Shown here: piece by piece, positions 8,320 to 15,835 of the stretch | Layout of the letters: every line of letters starts with the position of its first letter | Position numbering within the stretch: the stretch's first letter is position 1 | Assembly (NCBI GenBank): GCA_021801235.1 | Contig: JAJYYG010000054.1 | Coordinates: 2,794 to 66,793 of the forward strand | Direction: 5' to 3' | Source: Actinomycetes bacterium | GTDB taxonomy: Bacteria > Actinomycetota > Acidimicrobiia > Acidimicrobiales > RAAP-2 | Length of the DNA stretch: 64,000 nucleotides | Translations under genes and position numbers: made by a program | The notes under the pieces: model-generated | What the model saw: the letters and a program-made list of their open reading frames with translations, nothing else | Told to the model about the DNA's origin: nothing | Databases searched by the model: none

Positions 8320-9818
8320 GGCGCTCCGTTGCTTCGGGACGCGGCGTCGGCGCTGCCGGAGGCACGGATTCGGAATTCCGGCCCAGCCCGCTCCCGGGCG
8401 GCGGCCAGCAGCTCCCGGTACTCCGCGGCGGTCCCGGACGCGGTGACCTGCCAGGTGAACCGCCCCAACACCCGCTCGCGGCCGGCGGCCCCCAGACGGA
8501 GCCGCAGCCCGGGGTCGTCGAGCAGCCGGCCGATGGCGGTCGCCAGCGCGCCCGGATCGTCGGGTGGGACGAGCAGACCGGTCACCCCGTCGGTGCCGAC
8601 CACCTCGGGGAGCGCCCCGCCGGTGGTGGCGACCAGGGCGACGCCGCAGGCCATCGCCTCGATCGCCGGCAACGAGAACCCCTCGTAGAGGGACGGCACC
8701 ACCGCCACCTCCGCCCGCGCGTAGTTGCGGGCGAGCTCGTCGTCGCTGATCCCGGTGATGCACCGCACCACCGGGGCCAGGTCCAACCGCTCGATGGCAC
8801 GGGCCACCCGGCCGTCGGGACGGGGGTTGCCGATCACCACCAGCTCGATGGATCGTTCGGTGCGGAGCTTGGCCACCGCCTCGAGGAGGGGGACCAGCCC
8901 CTTCATCGGGACGTCGGACGACGACGTCACCATGATGCGGCCCGGGACCGGCACCACCTCGGGCCGCGGCCGGAACACCGTGTGGTCGACGCCCACCGGC
9001 ACCACCGTCATCCGGGCCGGCTCCACCCCCATCTGGGATGCGATGTCCCGCTTCGACGACTGCGACACCGTCACCACCCGGGGCAGGGCCCGGGCCACCC
9101 GCACCTGCATCCGGAGGAAGCCGAACCAGCGCCGCTGGGTGAAGCGCTGCCACGGGTTGGCGGCGTGGCTGAGCGCGAGCTGGCGGTCGACGGTGATCGG
9201 ATGGTGCAGGGTCGTCAGCACCGGCCAGCCGTCCTCGATCATCCCGAGGATCCCGTTCCCGAGGCACTGGTTGTCGTGCACCAGGTCGAACTCCGTGCGC
9301 CGGGCGGCGAGAAGGCGCCGGGCGCGCAGGCTGAACGTCCAGGGCTCCGGGAACCCGGCGGTGCACATGACCCCGAACTCGAGGGCGTCGGCCGGGCTGT
9401 GGAACTCGCGGAGGTGGGGCACCCGGAAGGGGTCCGGGTCGCGGTAGAGGTCGAGGCTGGGGACGGGCGTGAAGCCCACGCCGTCGTCGACCTCGGGCCA
9501 CGGCTGGCCGGCGAACACCTCCACCGAGTGGCCGAGGGCGACCAGCTCGCGGGTCAGGTGCCGCGTGTAGACACCCTGCCCGCCACAGCGCGGGTTGCCC
9601 CGGTAGACGAGGAACGCGATCCGCAGACCGTCGGGCCCCGGTGGGCGGGGCGGGATCCGTTCGGGGACCGGAGGCGGGATCGCCGGGCCCTTGACCTTGT
9701 GACGCCTGAGCCAGAGACTAGGCACGGTCCGCCCTGGTGGATGGGTGCATAAGTCAGCAATCCTCCCCCGCCCGGGCGCCCCGGCGCAAACTCCACCGGG
9801 CGGTGCCGGCGCCGGCAT
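8313..9818 (-). CDS. GT4-family (GT-B fold) glycosyltransferase
   Basis: Typical GT4 core: RIAFLVYRGNPRCGGQGVYTRHL...EGFSLPAIEAMACGVALVATTGGALPEVV. The first ~60 aa of the track ORF are Pro/Arg-rich, so the true start is uncertain. Confidence 0.8.
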   Translation of the reverse strand: MPAPAPPGGVCAGAPGRGRIADLCTHPPGRTVPSLWLRRHKVKGPAIPPPVPERIPPRPPGPDGLRIAFLVYRGNPRCGGQGVYTRHLTRELVALGHSVEVFAGQPWPEVDDGVGFTPVPSLDLYRDPDPFRVPHLREFHSPADALEFGVMCTAGFPEPWTFSLRARRLLAARRTEFDLVHDNQCLGNGILGMIEDGWPVLTTLHHPITVDRQLALSHAANPWQRFTQRRWFGFLRMQVRVARALPRVVTVSQSSKRDIASQMGVEPARMTVVPVGVDHTVFRPRPEVVPVPGRIMVTSSSDVPMKGLVPLLEAVAKLRTERSIELVVIGNPRPDGRVARAIERLDLAPVVRCITGISDDELARNYARAEVAVVPSLYEGFSLPAIEAMACGVALVATTGGALPEVVGTDGVTGLLVPPDDPGALATAIGRLLDDPGLRLRLGAAGRERVLGRFTWQVTASGTAAEYRELLAAARERAGPEFRIRASGSADAASRSNGAPC

Positions 9819-9870
9819 GTGCCGGACGGGACCGGCCAGCCCTGCGCCCGGCCAGCTCCGCCCGCCCGGA

Positions 9871-11280
9871 TCAGCGTCCGCCCGCGTCCGCCGCCTTCAG
9901 CATCTGTCGGATGCCTTCCTCGATGCCCCGGCTGAGCACGTCGAGGTCGCCGGTGGTGTCGAAGTCGCCGGTGATCCCGAAGTTGACCTCCCCGTTGTAC
10001 GAGAAGATGGCGACCCCGATCCGCATCTGGGCGCCCAGTGGCACGTACGGGTAGGCCTTGACCATCCGCCTTCCGCAGACGTAGAGCGGGATCTGGGGGC
10101 CGGGCACATTGGTGGTGACGGTGTTGAGCTGGTGCTGGGCCATCCGGGTGGAGAGCCGCATCGCCAGGGCCAGCAGCATCGGCGGGGCGAAGCCCGACAT
10201 CGAGGTCAGTGCCTCCCCGGCCAGCGCCTGCTTCGACTCCTTCAGGCCCTCCATCTGGGCGCTCACCGCGGCCAGGCGCTCTCTGGCGTCGGTGATCGCC
10301 ACCGGGAGCTCGGCGAACATGGCCGAGACCTTGTTCTGGAGCGTGCCGTCGCCGACCGCCAGACCGTGGTCGTCCCGGGGGCGCACCGACACCGGGACCA
10401 GGGAACGGACCACGCGCTCGACCGGCTCCCCGCGCTCGAGGAGGAGCTCCCGGAAGCCGTTGGTGATGGCGGCCAGCACCACGTCGTTGAAGGTGCCTCC
10501 CAGCGCCCTGCGCACCGTCTTGATGTCGCTCACCGAGGTCGACGCCCATGCGTACCGCCGGTGGGGTCCCAACGGGCCGTTCAGGCTCGAAGGCGGTGTC
10601 GGCTTGACCAGGCCCACCATGGCGGTGAGCCCCCGGACCACCGATCGGGCGTGCCCGACCACCTGCCCGGGCACCGCGGCCGCCGCCCGCACCGCCTGGA
10701 CCTGCTCGTACGGGCTGTGCAGGAGGTCGAGAGAGGACCGGATCGCCAGCTCCACGCCCGACGGGGCCGGGCGCGGCTCCCACCGGGTCGGGAGCGGCAC
10801 GGGCGCGTCCGGTGACAGGTCCATGATCACGGCGAGCAGGTCGGTCCCCGAGACGCCGTCCACCATGGCGTGGTGGGTCTTCGCGAACAGGGCCCAGTGC
10901 CCGTCGTCGAGACCCTCGACCACCCAGATCTCCCAGAGCGGCTTGGACCGGTCGAGCGGCTGGGACATGACCCGTCCGACCAGCTTGCGGAGCTCGACCT
11001 CGCCCCCCGGAGCGGGCAGCGCGCTGTGCCGGACGTGGTACTCGATGTTGAAGTGCGGGTCGTCGACCCACACCGGCCGGCCCAGCTCGAACGGGAGGTG
11101 CCGCACCACCGACCGGTAGCGGGGCACCCGGTCGAGCTTGCCCTCGATCATCGCCACGATGTCCTCGAAGGCGGGCTGGGGTCCCTCGAAGATCCCGATC
11201 GAGGCGATGTGCATGTGGCTCACGCCGTCCTCGATGTGGAGGAACGTGGCGTCCAACGGGCTCAGTCGGTCGACGTCCAT
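9871..11280 (-). CDS. Wax ester synthase / diacylglycerol acyltransferase (WS/DGAT)
   Basis: Re-called ATG at 11280 (MDVDRLSPLDATFLHIED...), preceded by GGGGGTGG. Active-site motif HHAMVDG. C-terminal NVPGP...PLY region. 469 aa. Confidence 0.9.
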   Translation of the reverse strand: MDVDRLSPLDATFLHIEDGVSHMHIASIGIFEGPQPAFEDIVAMIEGKLDRVPRYRSVVRHLPFELGRPVWVDDPHFNIEYHVRHSALPAPGGEVELRKLVGRVMSQPLDRSKPLWEIWVVEGLDDGHWALFAKTHHAMVDGVSGTDLLAVIMDLSPDAPVPLPTRWEPRPAPSGVELAIRSSLDLLHSPYEQVQAVRAAAAVPGQVVGHARSVVRGLTAMVGLVKPTPPSSLNGPLGPHRRYAWASTSVSDIKTVRRALGGTFNDVVLAAITNGFRELLLERGEPVERVVRSLVPVSVRPRDDHGLAVGDGTLQNKVSAMFAELPVAITDARERLAAVSAQMEGLKESKQALAGEALTSMSGFAPPMLLALAMRLSTRMAQHQLNTVTTNVPGPQIPLYVCGRRMVKAYPYVPLGAQMRIGVAIFSYNGEVNFGITGDFDTTGDLDVLSRGIEEGIRQMLKAADAGGR

Positions 11281-11431
11281 CAGTCCACCCCCGGATCCTC
11301 TGCTCGGCCTGCGTCCGAGGCCCAGGCTGCCGACGGTACTACCGGCTCCCGGCCCGTGCCCGGCCGGTGTGCCCGGCCGGTGTGCCCGGACGCCCGCCGG
11401 CGCACCGACCGTGCACAACCCGCATCTGCGC

Positions 11432-12409
11432 TCACGCCGAGCTCCGCGACCCGGTTGCGCCGAGTGCCTCGAACCAGCCCGCCGCGATCCGCCGGACCGT
11501 CTCGGCTCGGGCGGCCTCGGCGACACGAGCCGACCGGCCCTCGTCCATGGCCCGGAAGCCCATCACGCCCAACATGCCCGCCGACGGCTCCACCCGCACC
11601 ACCCGTGCCCCCGCCGCCCGCAGCCGGCGCACCTCCCGATCGAGGCGGCGGTGCGCCGACCAGCGCACCAGGGCGTCCGGCCTCCGGCCGGGCAGGGACT
11701 CGGCCGACATGGGAGAGACGACCACCACCACCTCGGGCGCCCCGCGCCGCAGGACGTCCGCACTGGTGGGCGAGTGCACGCCACCGTCGAAGTACTCCAC
11801 ACCGCCGATCGTCACCGGGCAGAAGTACGCCGGGATCGCGCACGAGGCGAGGACGGCAGCGGCCAACGGAGCGGGGGGCGAGCCCTCCCGGCCGAACACC
11901 ACCCGGGTGCCGTCGTCGCGCCGGACGGCGCAGATCCACAACCGGTGGGGCCAGTGGTCGCCCACCATGCGGTGGAGCGGTGCTGCCCGGTCGCGGACGT
12001 CGACCCGGCCGGCCGGCAGCAACGTCATGGCGACCACGTCGGGCCGGACGGTCCACGGGCGCCGGGCCACCCGGGCGAGCAGGGCCGGCGCCGGCAACCG
12101 CAACGGCCGGAGCCACGACCCCGCCGAGGGGGCGGGGAGGTCGCCCTGGTCGGGGAGGACCCGGGCGACGAGGGCGGCCCCTGCCGGCGACAGCGGTCCG
12201 CCGCCGGCCATCGCCTCGAGGTCCGCCGCCGGGAGCCCGAGCCGGAGCAGCGTGCCGGTGATCGCTCCGGCCGAGGAGCCGACGACCACGTCGGCTGTCC
12301 GCGGGTCCCAACCGAGCACCTCGTCCAGAGCCCCCAGCACGCCGGCGTGGTAGGCCTGGCCGACGACACCGCCGGCTCCGAGCACCAGTCCGATTCCGTC
12401 TCTTCCCAC
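11432..12409 (-). CDS. Patatin-like phospholipase
   Basis: Re-called GTG at 12409 (VGRDGIGLVLGAGGVVG...). Oxyanion motif GAGGVVG, nucleophile elbow GSSAG, catalytic Asp in YFDGGV. Confidence 0.85.
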   Translation of the reverse strand: MGRDGIGLVLGAGGVVGQAYHAGVLGALDEVLGWDPRTADVVVGSSAGAITGTLLRLGLPAADLEAMAGGGPLSPAGAALVARVLPDQGDLPAPSAGSWLRPLRLPAPALLARVARRPWTVRPDVVAMTLLPAGRVDVRDRAAPLHRMVGDHWPHRLWICAVRRDDGTRVVFGREGSPPAPLAAAVLASCAIPAYFCPVTIGGVEYFDGGVHSPTSADVLRRGAPEVVVVVSPMSAESLPGRRPDALVRWSAHRRLDREVRRLRAAGARVVRVEPSAGMLGVMGFRAMDEGRSARVAEAARAETVRRIAAGWFEALGATGSRSSA

Positions 12410-12618
12410 GATCGCCCCTCGTCCCCCTGTTCCCGGCACCGTCGGCCCTGTTCCCGGCACCGTCGGCTGCACCGGCGCGTCCGACGGACCAGAGCCCGAA
12501 CGGCGAGCGGGTCCACAGTAGCCAGACCGGTCCCGCCCCCGGCCGGACGGCCGCGATCGGCACGCGATGGCAACCACGCCGGTCGCCGTTCCCAGCCCCA
12601 CGCCGAGCGCCCCGTCCT

Positions 12619-13947
12619 TCAGAGGCCGAGGGCGACGCCGAACCAGCCCAGGATGGTCTGGAGGACCAGGAAGGTGGCGAAGGCGCCCACCGACACCACC
12701 GTGGCGAACCCCACCCACCGCCCGAGCCTCCCGTTGGCCGCGTCCCCCAGCAGCGATCTCCGGTTGGCGAGCACCAGGATGAACGCCAGCGTGACCGGGG
12801 TGATCACCCCTTCGAGCACCTGGGTGTTGATGATCAGGTTGAACAGGTTCCCCGGGAGGAGCACCACCGCGGCGCCGATGGCGATCTGGGCCGTGAACAG
12901 GCCGAGGAACAGGGGAGCCTCCCGGAAGCTCCGGGAGACGGACCGCTCCACCCCGATGGACTCGGCCAGCGCGTAGGACGTCGAAAGGGGGACCACCGCC
13001 GCCGCCAATGCCGACGCCCCGAGGAGCCCGAGGCCGAACAGCGCCTCGGCGAACCGGCCGGCCAGGGGCTCCAACGCCTTGGCCGCCTGGGCCGCCGAGC
13101 TCAGCGCCCCGGAGCCGCCGAGCACCGAGGCGGTGGCGATGATGATGAACATGGACACCAGGTCGGAGACGATGGCTCCGCTGACCGCGTCGACCCGCTC
13201 GTAGCGGTACTCGTCCGGCCCGATGCCGCGGTCGACCACCGCTCCGGCCGTGTAGAGCTGGATGTAGGGGGTGATGGTGGTGCCGATGAGCGCCACCCCC
13301 ACCAGCAGGAAGGCGTTCGACCGCAGGAAGTGCGGGAGCAGGGTGTTCGCCACCACCGCATGCCAGTCGGGGTGGCCGAAGAACATGGCGATGGGGTAGG
13401 TGATGAACACCAGGGAGAGCAGGAGGAAGATCCGCTCGGCGTAGCGGTAGGACCCCAGCAGCACCAGCATCCAGATCGCCAGGGCGGCGAGCGGCACCGA
13501 CAGGTACCGCGACACGCCGAACAGCTCGAAGGCCGCACCGATCCCGGCGAACTCGGTGACCACCAGCCCCACGTTGGCGATGGCGAACGCCGCCACCGCG
13601 AAGGCCGACAGCCGCAGGGAGAACTGCTCCCGGATCAGGGCGGCGAGCCCCTTGCCGCTGTAGGCGGCCAGGCGGGCGGTCATCTCCTGGACGGAGATGT
13701 ACCCCACCGTGACCACCACCATGAAGAACAGCGGTCGGTAGCCGAACTGGGCCCCGGCAGAGGCGTAGGTGGCGACCCCGCCGGCGTCGTTTCCGGCGCT
13801 CGCTGCGATGAGACCGGGCCCGATGGCGGCCAGGTAGGGCCACAGGCGGCGGACCCGGCGGCGGACGCTCCGGTCGGAGTCGGACCGGTCGGACCGGTCG
13901 GACCGGGACGCGGACGCTCCCGTGCCGGCATGCACGCCTGCGCTCAC
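12619..13947 (-). CDS. Nramp/SLC11-related transporter with non-canonical metal-site motifs (NRMT-like)
   Basis: 442 aa and polytopic. The TM1 region GPGLIAASAGNDAGGVATYASAGAQFGY aligns by eye to the Nramp GPG...DPGN...GAQFGY block, but DPGN reads NDAGG. The TM6-like IGTTITPYIQLY replaces the canonical ...MPH... block. Confidence 0.85.
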   Translation of the reverse strand: MSAGVHAGTGASASRSDRSDRSDSDRSVRRRVRRLWPYLAAIGPGLIAASAGNDAGGVATYASAGAQFGYRPLFFMVVVTVGYISVQEMTARLAAYSGKGLAALIREQFSLRLSAFAVAAFAIANVGLVVTEFAGIGAAFELFGVSRYLSVPLAALAIWMLVLLGSYRYAERIFLLLSLVFITYPIAMFFGHPDWHAVVANTLLPHFLRSNAFLLVGVALIGTTITPYIQLYTAGAVVDRGIGPDEYRYERVDAVSGAIVSDLVSMFIIIATASVLGGSGALSSAAQAAKALEPLAGRFAEALFGLGLLGASALAAAVVPLSTSYALAESIGVERSVSRSFREAPLFLGLFTAQIAIGAAVVLLPGNLFNLIINTQVLEGVITPVTLAFILVLANRRSLLGDAANGRLGRWVGFATVVSVGAFATFLVLQTILGWFGVALGL

Positions 13948-13963
13948 CGCCGCCGTCGCCGCG

Positions 13964-15400
13964 TCACTGCAGGAGGCGCGGGAAGTGGAGCCGACCGCGC
14001 TCGGGCGAGAGCGCGTCGAGGACGTCGTCGGCGAGGATCCGTCCGACCGGCCGACCGTCGTCGACCACCACCACCGACAGCCGGCGGGCCTCCACCAGGC
14101 GCTCGGCCACCTCGTCGACCCGGGCGTGGCTGTCGACCGAGACGGGGTGCGCCTCCCCGGCCAGCGCGCCCAGCCGCGTCCCGGGTGGGCTGACCACCAG
14201 CTTCATCAGCGGGAGATCCCAGACCAACCGGCCCTCTTCGTCCACCAGCGCCACCGCGTCGAGCTCGTCGGGCAGGTCGTCCCACTCGGACAGACGGGCG
14301 ACCACGTCGCCCACCGTGTCGGTCACCGCCGCCACCACCAGCTCCGTCGTCATGAACCCTCCCGCCTCGTCCTCGGAGTAGGCGAGCAGGTGCACCAGGG
14401 GCGCGGCCTTGCGGAGCGGCATGGCACCGAGGAGCTCCTCCCGCTCGTCGCGATGCAGGTCGCGGAGCGCGTCGACCGCCTCGTCCGGCTCCATCTCCGC
14501 CAGCAGCTCCGCTGCCCGGGAGGGGTCCGCCTCGCGGAGCAGTGCGGTGAGCTCCTCCGGGTCCATCTCCTCCAGCGCGTCCGCCACCTCGTCGGCGGGG
14601 AGCGACTCGAGCAGGCTCTGGCGCTCCGGACGCATGAGGTCCTCGAGGAGATCGGCCAGCTCACCGGGCCGCAGCCGCTCGAGCCCGGCGTTGGTCGTCC
14701 GCAGGCGAACCTCGGGCGCCGATCCCTCCGCCGGCTCTCCGAAGGGTTGGATGGCGGCCCAGTCGATCACGCGCTCGGGGGTGGGCAGGGGCCGCCACCG
14801 CGCCGGTCCCAGGCGGCGCAGGAGGCTCTGGGCGGAGACGTCCACCCCCACCAGGTGGAACCGGCCGGCCACCGGGGCGAGGTACAGGTCCGACGCCCGG
14901 ATCACCTGGACGCCGTCCACGTCCACCAGCTGATGATCGAGCACCTGGGTGGCCAGGGTGACCTCGCCGGAGCGGGGGGCGAAATCGCGGAGGTCGAGGC
15001 GGGCGTCCCGCAACAGCACCTCGGTGTGGTGGATGAGATCGATGGCGGAGGCGTCGACGAACGCCGCCCTGCGGCCCACCCGGACCACGAGACCGGTCAC
15101 CGGAGGGTAGGTCTCACCCCCCGTCCAGCGGCAAAGGACGTCGACCAGGCGCCCGATCTCCGCCCCGCTCTGGTTGCGGACCGGGCGTCCCACCAGTCCG
15201 GCCAGCGAGACGATCGCGTCGCGGATCGCCCGCGAGGCGAGCAGGCGCTCGGAGCGGTGCCGGAGCGGTCGCGGCCGATGGAGGGGATGGCGCTCCGATC
15301 GCGGGCGTCGACCCCGCAGGGTGCGTCCACGACCGGTCGGCTCGGACCGGTCGTGGTCATAGTCGTGGTTCGGAGGATCGTCAGGAAGGGGGCGGGTCAT
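13964..15400 (-). CDS. Soluble PRC-barrel / MgtE N-domain / CBS-pair protein (no MgtE membrane domain)
   Basis: 478 aa. The central acidic helical repeats (EVADALEEMDPEELTALLREADPSRAAELLAEMEPDEAVDALRDL) are typical of MgtE_N and are followed by two CBS-like modules. I see no hydrophobic C-terminal domain. It ends 16 nt upstream of the Nramp-like start. Confidence 0.8.
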   Translation of the reverse strand: MTRPLPDDPPNHDYDHDRSEPTGRGRTLRGRRPRSERHPLHRPRPLRHRSERLLASRAIRDAIVSLAGLVGRPVRNQSGAEIGRLVDVLCRWTGGETYPPVTGLVVRVGRRAAFVDASAIDLIHHTEVLLRDARLDLRDFAPRSGEVTLATQVLDHQLVDVDGVQVIRASDLYLAPVAGRFHLVGVDVSAQSLLRRLGPARWRPLPTPERVIDWAAIQPFGEPAEGSAPEVRLRTTNAGLERLRPGELADLLEDLMRPERQSLLESLPADEVADALEEMDPEELTALLREADPSRAAELLAEMEPDEAVDALRDLHRDEREELLGAMPLRKAAPLVHLLAYSEDEAGGFMTTELVVAAVTDTVGDVVARLSEWDDLPDELDAVALVDEEGRLVWDLPLMKLVVSPPGTRLGALAGEAHPVSVDSHARVDEVAERLVEARRLSVVVVDDGRPVGRILADDVLDALSPERGRLHFPRLLQ

Positions 15401-15835
15401 CGGGTACCTCGGGGTTCGGGTGCAACTCGCACCGCCGAACCGGACAGGACCGGTCCTCCGCCGGGTCAGCGAGGGGCGGTCGTCACCGGAGCGGCGAGGC
15501 GGAGTGTGCGGACAGGACGTTCACCACGGGCGTGCATCCACGCGCACTGGGGGGTTCTCCCTGCTCCATGGACCTCACCTCCTGTCCTACCTCTCCAGCG
15601 CCGCGTTCCTCCCGGGGCTGATCGCCGTCGACCTCAGCGGCAGTCCCTCGCCGGTCCGGCACCGCCGGTCCGCGCAGCCGGTCCGCGCCCGGCTGGTCCG
15701 GCACCGCACCCGGTCCACCGGAAAGCAGACTACCGGACCGGGTGCAGCGTCGCAGGTGAACGGGGCGCGTCCGAGATGAACGGCACGTGTCGTCAATCCT
15801 CCACCGGGCCGCGCCGCCCCCGCAGGTGGTGGTGG
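15401..15835 (-). promoter_or_regulatory. Long structured 5' leader/promoter region of the MgtE-N/CBS-Nramp operon
   Basis: 435 nt with no credible long ORF. Contains GGACAGGA (15587-15580 on the minus strand) with two downstream complementary copies of UCCUGUCC (15517-15510 and 15449-15442). A strong hairpin GGUUCGG-C-GGUGC-GAGUU-GCACC-CGAACC (15413-15441) abuts the GAGG ribosome-binding site. Confidence 0.45.
15483..15569 (-). CDS. Candidate 28-aa leader peptide (uORF) MEQGEPPSARGCTPVVNVLSAHSASPLR
   Basis: The ATG at 15569 is preceded by AGGAGGTGAGG with 8-nt spacing from AGGAGG. It contains a Glu-Pro-Pro motif and overlaps one arm of the alternative pairings in the leader. Purely a sequence-based call. 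Confidence 0.25.
   Translation of the reverse strand: MEQGEPPSARGCTPVVNVLSAHSASPLR

Noticed and set aside
15480-15600. An M-box (ykoK) Mg2+ riboswitch in the leader of the MgtE-N/CBS-Nramp operon. I noticed it because of AGGUGAGGUCCAUGGAG, which resembles the GGUGAGGCUCC...AUGGAG start of the Bacillus M-box.
   Set aside because: I could not find the other conserved M-box blocks (GCUGCCC, GGGU-AACAG, GUGCUAAA). The resemblance coincides with an SD plus AUG of a uORF. A covariance-model scan (Rfam RF00380) would settle it. I expect no hit.
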